Positions 50,486 to 63,178 are shown, numbered from the stretch's first letter. The stretch: 64,000 nucleotides of DNA from Chrysemys picta bellii (GCF_011386835.1 NC_088793.1:200384001-200448000), one strand, 5' to 3'. Program-made: numbers and translations. Notes: generated from the sequence alone by a model not told the origin.

Positions 50486-51420
50486 TGTATCGCCCATGCC
50501 TGACCACAGTTATATGTAGTGGTCAGGGCTGGGAGAACTGGTTGCAGTTCCCTGATTTAGAGCTGCCCAGCCCTTAGGGCAGCCGTTAGGCTACTGGTGT
50601 AATGTCCCTCACCAGAGAATGAGGTTTTTGGAATTCTGCTCTGCCATGTTCCTCCCTAGAACGTCTCTCATGCGCTCAACCTTCTCCTTAGGGGATGGTA
50701 GTTTAGGAGCAGCAGAACCATCTACATCAGATTTACACCGCAGAATTCCTCTCCCTAGGAGGAATTCTCCACTGGCCCACTCCAGTTGCCCAAAGGCCAT
50801 TTTGCATCATCTAAGCTAAGTAAGAACATCAGTGAGAGTTGGACACCCAACTCCTTTATGCCTCTTCAAAAATTCCTCCCCAAGGCATTGATTTTCAAAA
50901 CTGCTGAGCATCCACACTTCCAGATGAAGGAAATGGGAGTCACAGGTGCTCAGTACCAGTGGAAATCCGCATTTAGGTGGCTAACTATCCATTTTACAGA
51001 TTTCGGTGCCAGACGTCCAGCACCAAAATTTGAAAACTGAGCTCATAACAATAACCTTAATAATGGGGGGAAACTTACATAATATTCTAAAGCCTTCATA
51101 ACTCATTTCCAGTGGGGGGAAATACGCCAAATAAAACTGCTTACTGTTGAAGCCATTAATATTTTGGGGCCAGATCCCCTTAGTTATCCGGCAGTGGTAG
51201 AAAAATTCAATGTTATGCTCTTTGAATGGGAACTGATTTTAAAAAAAACTTTAGGCAGGATTTTTTAGTTTTTATTACACTTTATGCAAAAACTTTGTTA
51301 ACAGACATTTATTAGCACAAAAACCTACAGCAAACTGATGATCAATGATTGCTATAGTATTACTACACACTTTGAGATATGAAAAGCACATGAGGAAAAG
51401 TAATCAAAATTGCCCTCAGA

Positions 51421-52185
51421 GAGCACTGCATGACTCAGTGGACTGGCAATGAAGTATGGAGCCTTTCAGCTCTGCAGTAAGTCACTGGTTTGTCTCTAGC
51501 TCATGGGTGGCTGAAAATAATTGAGGCTGTGAAGCGGTATACATAAAATCATGGCATCTATATTATGCCCTTCACAGTGACGCCTGAGTACCACTGTCTA
51601 TTGTTTCGCTACAGTTCACAGTAGACTGACGCTCCGATCATAATTGTCCCTAATTAGCTGCCTTGATGGCAGTCTTGGGCCTGGTCTACACTGGGGGAGA
51701 CGGGGTCGATCTAAGATACGCAACTTCAGCTACGAGAATGGTGTAGCTGAAGTCGACGTATCTTAGATTGAATTAAACTTACTTGCTTCGCGTCCTCGTG
51801 GCGCGGGATCGACGGCCACGGCTCCCCCATCGACTTTGCTTCTGCCTCTTGCCGAGCTGGAGTTCAGCAGTCGACGGGAGAGCGACTGAGGATCAATTTA
51901 TCACGTCTACACCTCATGCGATAAATTGATCCCCGACAGATCGATCGCTACCCGCCGATCCGGTGGGTAGTGTAGACGTACCCCAGAGTCTGAATACCCT
52001 GTGGGTGTGCCATAGAGAATGAATTCTCCCCACATCTCTAGAGGGAGGTCTCTACAGGCCAAGTTCCAGGCCCATAGTTGGTGCAGAGTGCAGAAGCCAT
52101 TGCCTGTGCAGTGCCTGTTTGTGGCTTCATGAAGGACTTTTTGTCTCAGACCTGACAATCTGCACTGACTTCATACGCACAAGTT
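51421..52185 (+). mobile_element. LF-SINE, near full length, split by a Harbinger MITE
   Basis: Collinear with the recalled LF-SINE consensus: GCTCAGTGG..GAGCCTTTCA..GGTCACTGG-like head, CTAATT..CCTTG.TGGCAGTCT, CTAGAGG, CTGTGC.GT.CCTGTT.TGTGG, TG.CAATC; about 460 bp without the insert. Confidence 0.75.
51678..51983. mobile_element. PIF/Harbinger-type MITE
   Basis: TIRs GGCCTGGTCTACACT / AGTGTAGACGTACCC; same family as 15318-15602; TSD unclear. Confidence 0.9.
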
Positions 52186-53133
52186 AATAGAAAGATATTA
52201 AAAATGCGCCTTTGAGCTGATTATCGAGTTGTAGTAACAATTCCCTCTGCTCAGCAACTGCTTGGCTCCCATCACTGCCCTCCTGAAAAAAAACTAGGGT
52301 CTCCTGGCCACATATATTCCCTCCCTCCCGTTCTGCTGGAGCACCTTGGGGGAATCCTGTGACTGCAGGCTTTTCAGTCTCTGCGAACTGTCTCTGACTG
52401 GCTTATGGAGTTACATTTGTACTAAAGAAGAACAAGCAGATTGCACAGTCCTGTTCAATTCTCCAGCACCTGCAGTACACATCCAAGTTTTGTCTTCCTC
52501 AACTGCCGTCTCAGAGGGGACAAGGCTGTGATCTTTGGGGAGGGACTATCTTTTTGTTCCTTGTTTGTACAGCACCTAGCACACTGGAGTCCTAGTCCAC
52601 AATGCGAACTCCCAGGTAGAGGTGGGCAAAACTTTTCGGACAAATAGTTAATTCACTGAAAAATGCAGTTTCAGTTCATCTGCATATTTGATCCAATTCA
52701 TTTTGACTAGGGAAAAGATTTTAGGGCTAGAAGAGAAAAGATTTGACTCTGCAACTTCTACCTCCCAACTGAGAGCCTTAATCACCAGGCTACAGAATCA
52801 TTCTCACTCCCACTCTCTTTCTCTCTTTGGCCCAATTAAAATTTAAATATTTATACGAAGTGGAACAGCATCAACAATAGAGATTGAGAGTAACCCACCT
52901 GACAACAGCCTGGCCTGTGACAGGGGAGACTACAGTTCAATCCCTGCTCCAGAGTCGGGATTCAAACCTGAGTTCAAATATTATTTGTGAAAGTAAAAAT
53001 AATCTAATTAAAACAATATTTGAAAGGAAATCAGTTCTATCAAAATTACAATCAATTTATAGCAATAGAGTTCTGCTACCTTGATATTTAAATGTTTTGG
53101 GACAAAAATCTGCTCTCGTGTAAATGGGTGCAA

Positions 53134-53441
53134 CAGTACTGACTACTCTAGAGTCTTAAAAATCATGAGTAGGCCCCCCAAAACCGAGAGATTGGGTCAA
53201 AATCATGAGATTTTACCCCCAAAAATAATTTTTTGCCTCCTGATTTTTGAGCTTTTACAATACACTCAGTCACGTTTCTAAGCTCTCCTCTGTAACATGA
53301 GGGCCAGAAACTTTTTTTTATTTTATTTTTCACCTGAAAGTTGAGATTCTCACATAATCACCTGTCTCCAGGAGCTGGGGCTTTATGAAAAACATTAAAC
53401 ATTGCAAGACTCATGATAAAAACACAGGAGTTGGCAAAACC
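53134..53441. mobile_element. hAT-like non-autonomous element
   Basis: AAATCATGAG repeats; ends GTTGGCAAAAC; homologous to 7625-7894. Confidence 0.65.
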
Positions 53442-54300
53442 AGCTCAGCTCCACTGACTTCAATGGACCTTTTCTCATTTACACCAGCAGGAAATTGGGT
53501 CCATTGAGTTCTTGAGCTGTCTCCAGTAGATAACTGCACAGGTGCTGGTCCAATAACCATAGGCCTCTCCCTATTCTGCAAGGCTAGTTTCTAATGAGTT
53601 TTCTTAACCCACAAACTCTGCATTAAGGGTTTCGAATGGGGGAGAGGAGGAAAGACCGGGCACCCTGCAGCAGGCTGGCATGTAGTTTATGGATATTAAG
53701 GGTGAGATTTTCAAAAGCATTCAACAGTGGTTTAACTCAGCTCCCACTGAAGTTAATGGTAAAAGTCCCACTGACTTCAATAGAAGTAGACAGAGTAAGA
53801 CCAAAGCTAAGCCATTCTGAAGAGCGTACCTTCAAACTAGTCTTGTTTTCTTGAAATTTTCCACATTTGCAAATGTTTATAAATGCAGGTAAAAATTAAT
53901 CCACTGTTATTATTCTAGCTAACACATAAACCAGTCTGTGTTCTACATGCTGCCCAGGCAAGAAAAAGAAACTATTTGTTCATAGAAGAAAAGAGAAAAA
54001 AAAAACTAATTATAGATCCTGGATACTGTCATTATATTATTTGTTCCTAAATTAGCATAATCGCAAAACAGATAAGCATAAAATAACTGAGTAATTAGCA
54101 TTCGTAGTTATTCTTAAAGAATGTATGTGCATTTGTAAGTTTATTAGGCATTAGGCAGTTCCACAGAGCACTGAACGCAACACTGTCTACACTGCATCTA
54201 GAAGGAGTAATTGTTCTGAAATGATAGTAAATAAGAACGTTTGCATAATTTTAAATATATATATACATTATTTTGAATTTTACCTTCTAGGGTACAAATG

Positions 54301-54660
54301 TAAAATGAAGTGTCCTCGCTGCAATCCAAATAGAATGAGGGACACAGATTTTATTTGGATTATCGGGAGTTTGGACTCTTCTTTGTCCCGCCAGGACCAC
54401 TGCCTTCCCTGCACCCTGCGCCTGCAGGGATGGAGTGTCACCAGTTGGGGGCAGCGCAGGGCACCCTCTGCAGTTCCACAGTCCTGCCCAGGGGTCTCTG
54501 CTTTGTTATGTGAACCGCTGCATTATCCAAACCCCTCTCTTGTCCCCTAGTACAAGATACATGCTGCAGGCAGTGTGTGTCTCATGCTGGGGGACAAGGA
54601 AGAAACTTGGACAACGCGGAGGTCTGGATAACAGGATTTTGGATAAACAGGAGTATACTG
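54301..54660. mobile_element. Degenerate Tigger-like MITE
   Basis: Repeated ATCCAAA/TTGGAT motifs, inner inverted repeats, right end GGAGTATACTG. Confidence 0.5.
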
Positions 54661-57600
54661 CACACAAATGTATTTCAAATATAAATAGGTTGTATGCTAA
54701 CAAATGTTTGTGTTCTATGAGCCAAACTCTACATACAGAATTTTTATCTTTTTGACTTGAAAACAGCATATTAAATGTTCTGACACAAACAGCGGGCCAA
54801 TTTCTGTTCTCAGTTCCATCGACATAAATCAGATTTGTAGCCGTGACCAACACGTGGCCCAGTGAGTGAAAGGAATCCTAATAAAGGGCCCAATTCTGCA
54901 AGTATGTGCAGAACCAGAAGAACTTGTGACAGGCGTGAATGGGAATGTACTTTTCAGAGCCTGATAATGGAGTCAATGGAAATTCAATTTCTGTCTAAGT
55001 GCAATCCAGTGGTGAGTGGCTGTCACAGGTACAGCTGATCGGGAATATTTCAACTGCAGTGTTTCCATCAGAAAATGAATTCATTGAAACCGAAACTCTT
55101 TGAGTGAATGCTGATGGAACTTTCATCAAGAAAGATTTCTCAGGTCTAGGATGGAATTTCTGGTCAGAACAAACAATAGTCAGGTGGTTAGAACACCCCC
55201 CTGGGATGTGGGAGGCCCATGTGCAAGTCCGTGATCTGCCTCCCACATCCCAGAGGCAGATCACGGGATGTGGGAGGCAGATCATGTGAAAGAGGGACTT
55301 GAGCCTGAGTCACCAAGATCCCAACTGTCTGCAATCCCCAGGCTATCAGCTATTCTGGGGTGGGTCATTCTCAACTTCTCCTGTTGGAGTTGTTCCACAT
55401 TTTTAAAGCAAATAAATATTCATTCAGCCAGAGAGAAAGAAACAGATGGATTCTACAGTGCAGTGGTTATGGCCAACCCCTGGGATTTACGAGGGGAGGG
55501 GCAAACTGTTTAAAATCTCTGAATTTGTCATGGGATTGGTCCAACTCCAGTTACAGGTCCCTGTCTGTGCCAAGTCTGCAGAGTATAAAAGTCTGTAACA
55601 TCCGCAGCCAGAGCGTGTTAACTCAAGCTGTAGCAGTTCATACTTTTAGCCAAAAGGGCGGCCATCACATAAGGTATACCGCATTGTTGTGTGTATAGCA
55701 GAAATGCCAGTATTCTGTATCTAGAAGAATCTGTACGTCTTCCAATGAGATGGATCTAATTTTAGCACAGACTATTTAGAGTATCTATAAGAAACCAACT
55801 ATAAGGGGGCATGTGTTCTGCATATGAAGGACAAATCCTGCAGTCCTTAGCCATCAAAAAACCTCCTGTTAAACTTAATGGGAGCTTTGCCAAAGTAGGG
55901 ACTGCTAGGTTGCAGGATTTAGTCTTCAATGTGGAAAACTCCCTTGGACATCAGTGGGAGTTCTGGGTACAGAATTAGTGCTGAACATGTCACCAAAATG
56001 TTTTATTTAAAAAACAAAAACAAAATCTGTTTCCATACAAGTAAATAAGCAGTCCAGGTAAAACTTAGCCTCATGGAGGCTCTCATCTCATTTTCATCAT
56101 ATTTAATCAGTTGCAATAGGATGCTCAAGTGGAGGTTAGGGATCAATGTAGCAAGCAATTAATAGAAGATAGAAATTCTCAACTTCACAATTAATATTTA
56201 ATCAGACTTTGCAATCCTGCACTTTAGCAGTCATTTAAAAGTGCATGGAGTGGCAACAGTCTTAAATCACTAAAAAAAATAAACAGAACTCCAAATGGCT
56301 CCTGAACAAGAAATCACGCTATAATGTTTTTGATAAATATTGATGTGCAGTTTTACAGAATCAGTGACATTCCCTTCTCTTTATCTAATATTTTGAGAGG
56401 GTTGGAGAAGAAAAACTGGTTGTAGTGTAATTTCTAATGCTTACCATTTAATAGCAATAATAAATGAAAAAAGAAGAAGTCATTGGACCAAATTATAGTA
56501 TTTCTCCCTACATATTACACTGTTCTTTTTGCCATTAGTAATTAATGCTCACTGATATTCAGGATGCAAATACAAGGAGTGCTTTGCCTTTTTGAAGGGA
56601 AATGTACCATGCTGAGCATTACTGATGAAGAGATAGAGGAACAAAGAAGAATCCAATGTATTTAAAGCGCGTATGTCACTGAATCAAGAACAGAAAGGGT
56701 ATCACTATGAAGGAACTCTCTGATTCTTCACCAACACGTCTTTGCAACAAGTTAAAGACACTGAAAAATCTGAGCTAGGGGATGGATGACACTTGGGGGG
56801 GGGGGTAGGAGGGATGGAGGGGGCTGATCTCAGTGCACACAGGATGTGTGTACATTGAGCAGTAGGATTACAAAAGCTATAACAGTATGTAATCATGATA
56901 AATTGCAATATATGAAAGAAATCATCCCCGCACGTAAAGCCACATGTCAACTAATTAATATAAGGTTGCCAAAACTTCTGTGACAGCCTGTAGCTTCTAG
57001 GGCAACTGGAAGAAAATTTCTACCTAGAGAGAAAAATAAATTATTCTGGAGGAATGTCATGGTAATAAAAACTCCAACTTTTCTGTGCACAAGGGAACAG
57101 AGTGAGGTTACATGAAAGCGGTCAGACCCACAATTATATTTCCTTAGGTCATGCTTTCTCAGTGAGCTGGACTGCATCAGTTTGACACTTCCCATATAAG
57201 GGCAATGTAGCTGTATTCTGCAATATGTAGGCATGAACTACTGTCAATTACTGGGAGGCCATTCCTTTCCTTGTCAGGTTTATTGGCCCTCTTCAACCAA
57301 TATGTGGGGTTGGAATACAGACCAACAACAGAAAGCTGCAGACTGCGGCCTCAGGTCATGGCAGCACTCAATTAGCTCCTTAACTTTGAGCATGTGCTTA
57401 AGTCCCATTGAGTTCATTAGGACTTCAGCACAGGTTTAAGGTTAAGAATGTGTTGAAGTGCTGTACAGAATAGAGATGTTTTCCGGCCCTACTGTGACTG
57501 GCAATATATGGACAGTCTTGCCATTGAAAGTGCATGAGTAGCCCTCTGTGTCTCTATGCAACCCCATTAAAGTCCTCATTAGGCTCCCAAAGGTGTCTGT

Positions 57601-57830
57601 CAAATTCAGGGTCGGGCCAGTGAACGTTTTACAATACCCTTTACAAGATGCAAAACCTTTATTTACTCTCTGCCAAGGCTTCTCTGCTTACATCACAGGA
57701 CAATGCGCTCCTCGCTCCAGAGCCCCAGCAGGAACTGTGGCAGCCATCTTGGATGTCTGTACATTTAAATTTGAACTTTATGTTTCCTGTCCCTCACACA
57801 ATCACGCTGACCGTAAGATTTTAAACTTAC

Positions 57831-57905
57831 TCGGGACTTTGTTGTATCTGTCGGTGCCCAGCGAATGTATTTTGTAAAAATCAAGCTTGCTGTGAGTTAA
57901 GAAGC
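57831..57905 (-). CDS. Candidate internal coding exon (75 nt, phase 1-1) of an unidentified gene
   Basis: Very strong acceptor (t12)cttttctttaattag; donor CGA|GTAAGT; single open frame GFLTHSKLDFYKIHSLGTDRYNKVP. Confidence 0.55.
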
Positions 57906-60900
57906 CTAATTAAAGAAAAGAAAAAAAAAAAAGCCACAAAACTGGGCCCCAACCACTGAAGTAAGTGTGGAAAAGGCTTTGTGTTTCAGACGTATGTCCT
58001 AACAGCTCGCTTGCAAATGGCCTTAGAGGCACTATTTTGGGTCACAGGTTATGTCAATTTGTTTCTAACTATTTTACTGCTAACTGAGTCACTGAAAATA
58101 ATTAATCAGCTAGTAAAGCAATAATACAAATCTTCTAGAACACTTGACCCTCTCGGCCAATTGGATAGCTTCTGGCATACAGACATTTATATACAGACAT
58201 ATCTGCATTTCCAACAGGCTATACAAAATTATTTGGTTTCATTGATGCCAATAGGTTTTAAGCACGTGTGAAGAGTACTTACTGAATCTATGCCTTGGTG
58301 TACAAATCTATGAATGCACATACTTTAAAAGCATCAATAGTTTTACTGCGGACTATTGCCGGGGGGTTAACCTGTTTAATATCAATCTGAGTAAATGACA
58401 TGTATTTTGTGCAAATGAGATTAACCATTTACTATTTAGGTTCTTGGATTGTATCCTCCTTTCAGAATTAGGTTGCCAAATGAGTAACCAGCTTTAACAG
58501 GACACTGTGATAAAAAATTGTCTAACAGAGGAGTGGAATGGATACAGAATGCAACAGAGAGTTCACTCTACAAGAATCTTCTCGATGGAAAATGACAATG
58601 TCTTGACTGGTCCCAACCATGCATTTTTATACACTGAGAAATTCAGACTAAACAAATTATATGAAGTTATTTTCCATTCTGAAGATGCTGCTGCATGGCC
58701 TTGATTGGCACGTGGTATCCATTAGTGTTCTCCATCTGCTTCAATGTTCTGAATCCACATGTTAAGGATACCTATCAAAATAATACTAGTAAACAAGGGT
58801 GGATTGTCAGATACAATTTTTATCAGCACTGGTTCCATAAGACTTGATCTTTACTATGCTGCCTAACTGCAAACCTAATATTTGTTTTGTTGATGCATTT
58901 GATAATGTAATACTTTGAGTCCAGGGGAGGGTTCAAGAATTTGTGAATAGAGTTTTCTATATACTTAAGACTTTTTCTCAGTGCAAACAAGGTCAAATAA
59001 GCAAAGCGAAGGAGCTCCAAGTCTTGACACAGCAAAACGTCTAAGCATTTATACACCCAGAAAAGAAAAAAAGAGTTATTGATTGAGGAATCCCTTATGG
59101 GAGATCCCAGGGGACAAAGAAACAGATTCTGGCCAGCTTAAGTGCCATGGACTCAGAGAAAGTGTCTCGCATTTCCTGCTCCTTTTCACCAAGGCGGTAG
59201 GAGGCGCAGATTGGTAGATGCTTCTTCCTCTCCTTCCCACAATGTACAAGGCCTTTGAGGGGTACATGTCCCTTTAAAACTCTGCCCATCCTGGTGGACA
59301 GAGTTCACAGACAGTAAAGCACTGTGGTCAGGCTGTATTTCTCCTAGATAGAGCTCTTCTATTTATAACACAAATGAATGTAGAAATATGGGAAATTATA
59401 GTCTCTGTCGCTCACGATGGATGTAACCTGCATTAACTAAAGCTGGAGTAACGTGTAAAGTCAAGAAAACACTTTAAATCAAAGCAACAGATTCCCCACC
59501 TCACCTCAACCCTGCCAACTAAAATGAAGCAACTAAAGCAGGCTTGAACATAAAAGTTTACAATGTGAATCCACTAGCTACCACATCCCAAGAGGCCCAA
59601 AAAGGCATTCGGGTAGGTTGGAGTACAACGATTGTTTCCTTAACTCCAGATGAATTGGGACAGTCACAAACACAAATGACCCATTCTGAACTGCCAGCAG
59701 TGGTCTGCAGAGGTGATATAAGATGAACTCACCAAGGATGTCCCTTCCTGTCTTCTCCCACCTGCACTGTCTATAGAAGTATCTCCAACCAAGGACAGTG
59801 AAAGCTTCCTAACAGTGGGGGGGAAGGGGGAACACTAGCGTCTGAACCATGGCCCCACCCTTATCCTTACAGCAGTAAAAAGTGGGAGGGCATAGCCCTC
59901 CTACTTTTAAAAGTGGTGGGGCCATGGTCCCCTCGCCCCCCCCTTTTCCGACGCCCCTGTCTCCAACAGGCACTGAAAGCTGAGAAAGTGCCAGATTCCT
60001 GGGGAGATTTAACCTTTTTTCTCCCAATTTAACAGGATCCAGGCATTGGGACTTTCCTCCTTTCCCTTAGGAAGATGCCATCGGGCCCCACTGGTATAAA
60101 AGAAACAGAGGAGATTGCCAGAGACGAAGCCGTAATGATGCAGCCCTACCCTGTCCCCCTTACACATGCTCTTCCATCCTCACGGGGCAACGGGAAGTGT
60201 AATTTAGAGCCATTAATGAGGAGAATGAACCTGTCAACTCTAATTCATTATGCAAGGTGCCAGACTTCAGCTAATATAATACGAGCACTCTGAGCAGTAC
60301 CAAACTTTCTCATCTCCCTCACTCTGCAGCCCTGCTCGTCAGCTGTCTCTGTTTCCTTTTAAAGTAGCATTTAACAAAAAATGTTTGAGATCACTTTAAC
60401 AGCTGGGGCGTAAAAAGGAATTCCATACTTAGCTGATATTTCTGCAGATAGCCGAGTAATAGGATTTTTGGGGTTTTGGGAGACTCCTTAGATAGTCTTG
60501 ATTACAACCTGTCTAAAACTTTCAACATATTAAGATTTAAAAAGTACATCAACCCTCAGCTTCTTGGATCTCTGACTTTGGGCTTTAAAACTCAAGTCCT
60601 TTCCACCTCTATAAAAAAGCAAGGATTCAGTAAACAGAAGCACAGCAGAAGAGCAGTTAAAATACACCACAAATGAAAAACCGTGGCTGTTTAAAGTGCA
60701 ATATAAAAACTAACACAAGACCCTGAAAGTACAAAGAATCATAGAGGTCTGGGTGCTTCTGTGTTCAGAAACGGATGGCCAGGAACATCTTATTAAGTAG
60801 GAAGCTGTATCCTAGAGAACAATACTTTACTATAGAGAAAATGTGCATGTTAGCGAACTGGGTCTTTGAAATACTGTGGTATTATTTATTAGGCACCAGC

Positions 60901-61599
60901 TAGGCTTGAGAATTTCTCTCTCTGCTGGAGAGTCGCAAAACAAGAACGAGATCTAACTCCATGTGCTTTGGCATAGCAGGAAGTTAATTGCACATAAATT
61001 CAGGGGATGAAATCCTGGGAAAAACTGAGATCACCTTAGATACCAGAATACCAGCTAAATCACCCATATGACTTCTGATTTATATGTATGACTTCAGGGA
61101 CACAGTCCTAAAGAATTAAAAACATGGTTAATGGAGGCTTGCCTGGCTGTACTAACTGAACAGCCTCAAGTCTGATATCAAATGGGCACTCAGCACTTCA
61201 CCATGAAGTCTCAAGCCCTCTGTTAGCAGTGAAATGAATCATACTGAGATACTGCACAGACAAGTCACTTCCAGCTGAGCATGAGTAGATTTCATCCGTT
61301 ACCCGAATGGCAACATAATATATGAGAGAAGGAGGTTCAGGCTACAAAACAGGTCGGGGTATTGACAACCCCTGGAAATGTTCATGAATATATGAATAAA
61401 ATGGCAATTGGAGTTTTTCAATTGCGGTGGTAACAGATTATAGTTAAACTGAAAAATAGTCACAACTGCCGAACATTTTAAAATAGGACCCACATTCTAA
61501 CTCCCTTGATGTGCACTGGTGCAGAGGCACCTTTTGGAAAACGGTTGGGAAACATTATTTATAATCTGTTAAAATCAAGAACGTGTCCCTCCTCAGTAG

Positions 61600-61634
61600 G
61601 GAGATACTGTGGTTGAAAATATCTTTTATTAGAC
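61600..61634. mobile_element. Left part of PLE terminal-repeat element (family B), host of the Penelope insertion
   Basis: GGTTGAAAATATCTTTTATTAGAC matches the start of 28518 and 38480 and continues at 63056. Confidence 0.7.
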
Positions 61635-63055
61635 TTAGAACAACGCTTCCTCAGCTCTCGTACCCTAGTGCCCCTCTTCTACTTGCACTACACAGATGAC
61701 ATCTTCATCATATGGACCCACGGGAAGGAGACCCTTGAGGAATTCCACCTGGATTTCAACAATTTCGACCCCACCATCAACCTCAGCCTGGACCAGTCCA
61801 CACAAGAGAACCACTTCCTGGAAACTACAGTGCAAATAAGTGATGGTCACATAAATACCACCCTATACCGGAAACCTACTGACCGCTATACTTACCTACA
61901 TGCCTCCAGCTTCCATCCAGGACATATTATACGATCCATTGTGTACAGCCAAGCCCTAAGATACAACTGAATTTGCTCCAATCCCTCAGACACGGATAAA
62001 CACCTACAAGATCTGTATCAAGCATTCTTAAAACTACAATACCCACCTGGGGAAGTGAGGAAACAGATTAACAGAGTGAGATGGGTACCCAGAAGTCACC
62101 TACTACAGGCCAGGCCCAACAAGGAAAATAACAGAATACCACTGGCCATCACGTACAGCCCCCAGCTAAAACCTCTCCAGCACATCATCAACGATCTACA
62201 ACCTATCCTGGAAAACGATCCCTCACTCTCACAGACCTTGGGAGGCAGGCCAGTCCTCGCTTACAGACAGCCCCGCAACCTGAAACAAATACCCACCAGC
62301 AACTACACACCACACCACAGAAACACGAACCCAGGAACCAATCCCAGTAACAAACCTCGTTGCCTTCTCCGTCCCCATATCTACTCTAGCGACACCCATC
62401 AGAGGACCCAACCACATCAGCCACACCATCAGGGACTCATTCACCTGCACATCTACTGATGTGATATATGCCATTATGGGCCAGCAATGCCCCTTGGCCA
62501 TGTACATTGGTCAAACCGGACAGTCTCTACGCAAAACAATAAATGGACACAAATCAGACATCAGGAATGGTAACATACAAAATCCAGTAGGAGAACACTT
62601 CAGTCTCCCTGGACATTCTATAACAGATTTAAAAGTAGCCATACTTCAACAAAAAAACCTTCAGAAACAGACTTCAAAGAGAAACTGCAGAACTAAAATT
62701 CATTTGCAAATTTAACACCATTAATTTTGGCTTGAATAGGGACTGGGAGTGGCTGGCTCACTACAAAAGCAACTTTGCCTCTCCTGGAATTGACATCTCA
62801 TCAATTTTTGGGAGTGAAACTACATCCACCCTGATCGAATTGGGCCGGTCAACACTGGTTCTCTGCTTGTGAGGTAACTTCCTTCTCTTCATGTGTCAGT
62901 ATAACAATGCATCTGTAATTTTCACTGCATGCATCTGAAGAAGTGGGTTTTTTACCCATGAAAGCTTATGCCCAAATAAATCTGTTAGTCTTTAAGGTGC
63001 CACCGGATTCCTTGTTGTTTTTGTGGATACAGACTAACACGGCTACCCCCTGATA
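61635..63055 (+). mobile_element. Penelope-like retroelement, 5'-truncated (RT C-terminus + GIY-YIG endonuclease + terminal repeat)
   Basis: YTDDIFIIW, LYRKPTD, SIVYSQALRY, VIYAI...MYIGQTG, PVGEHF; in-frame stop at 61968-61970 and frameshifts; approximate TSD CTTTTATTAGAC / CTTTTGTTAAAC. Confidence 0.95.
62927..62971 (+). ncRNA. Minimal type-I hammerhead ribozyme motif in the PLE terminal repeat
   Basis: GCAT-CTGAAGA-A-GTGGGT(TTTTT)ACCCAT-GAAA-GCTT-ATGC: core intact, stems I and II pair, palindromic stem III AAGCTT. Confidence 0.8.
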
Positions 63056-63178
63056 CTTTTGTTAAACCAACTTCTGTTGGTGAGAGAGGCAAACTTTCAA
63101 GCTACACGGAGCTCTTCTTCAGGTCTGGGAAAAGGACTCCCAGCATCACAGCTAAATACAAGGTGGAACAGATTGTTA
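63056..63178. mobile_element. Right part of PLE terminal-repeat element (family B)
   Basis: CCAACTTCTGTTGGTGAGAGA...GAGCTCTTCTTCAGGTCTGGGAAA, homologous to 38480-38560. Confidence 0.85.
63087..63126 (-). ncRNA. Minimal hammerhead motif (family B), partly degenerate
   Basis: Reverse complement AGAC-CTGAAGA-A-GAGC(TCCGTGTA)GCTT-GAAA-GTTT-GCCT: core intact, stem III palindrome broken, one stem I mismatch. Confidence 0.6.

Noticed and set aside
59095-59289. 64-aa minus ORF / possible exon after ctctgtccaccag
   Set aside because: Weak donor, several frames open, no recognisable product.
61668-62715. Active Penelope ORF
   Set aside because: 5'-truncated, with an in-frame stop at 61968-61970 and at least two frameshifts.
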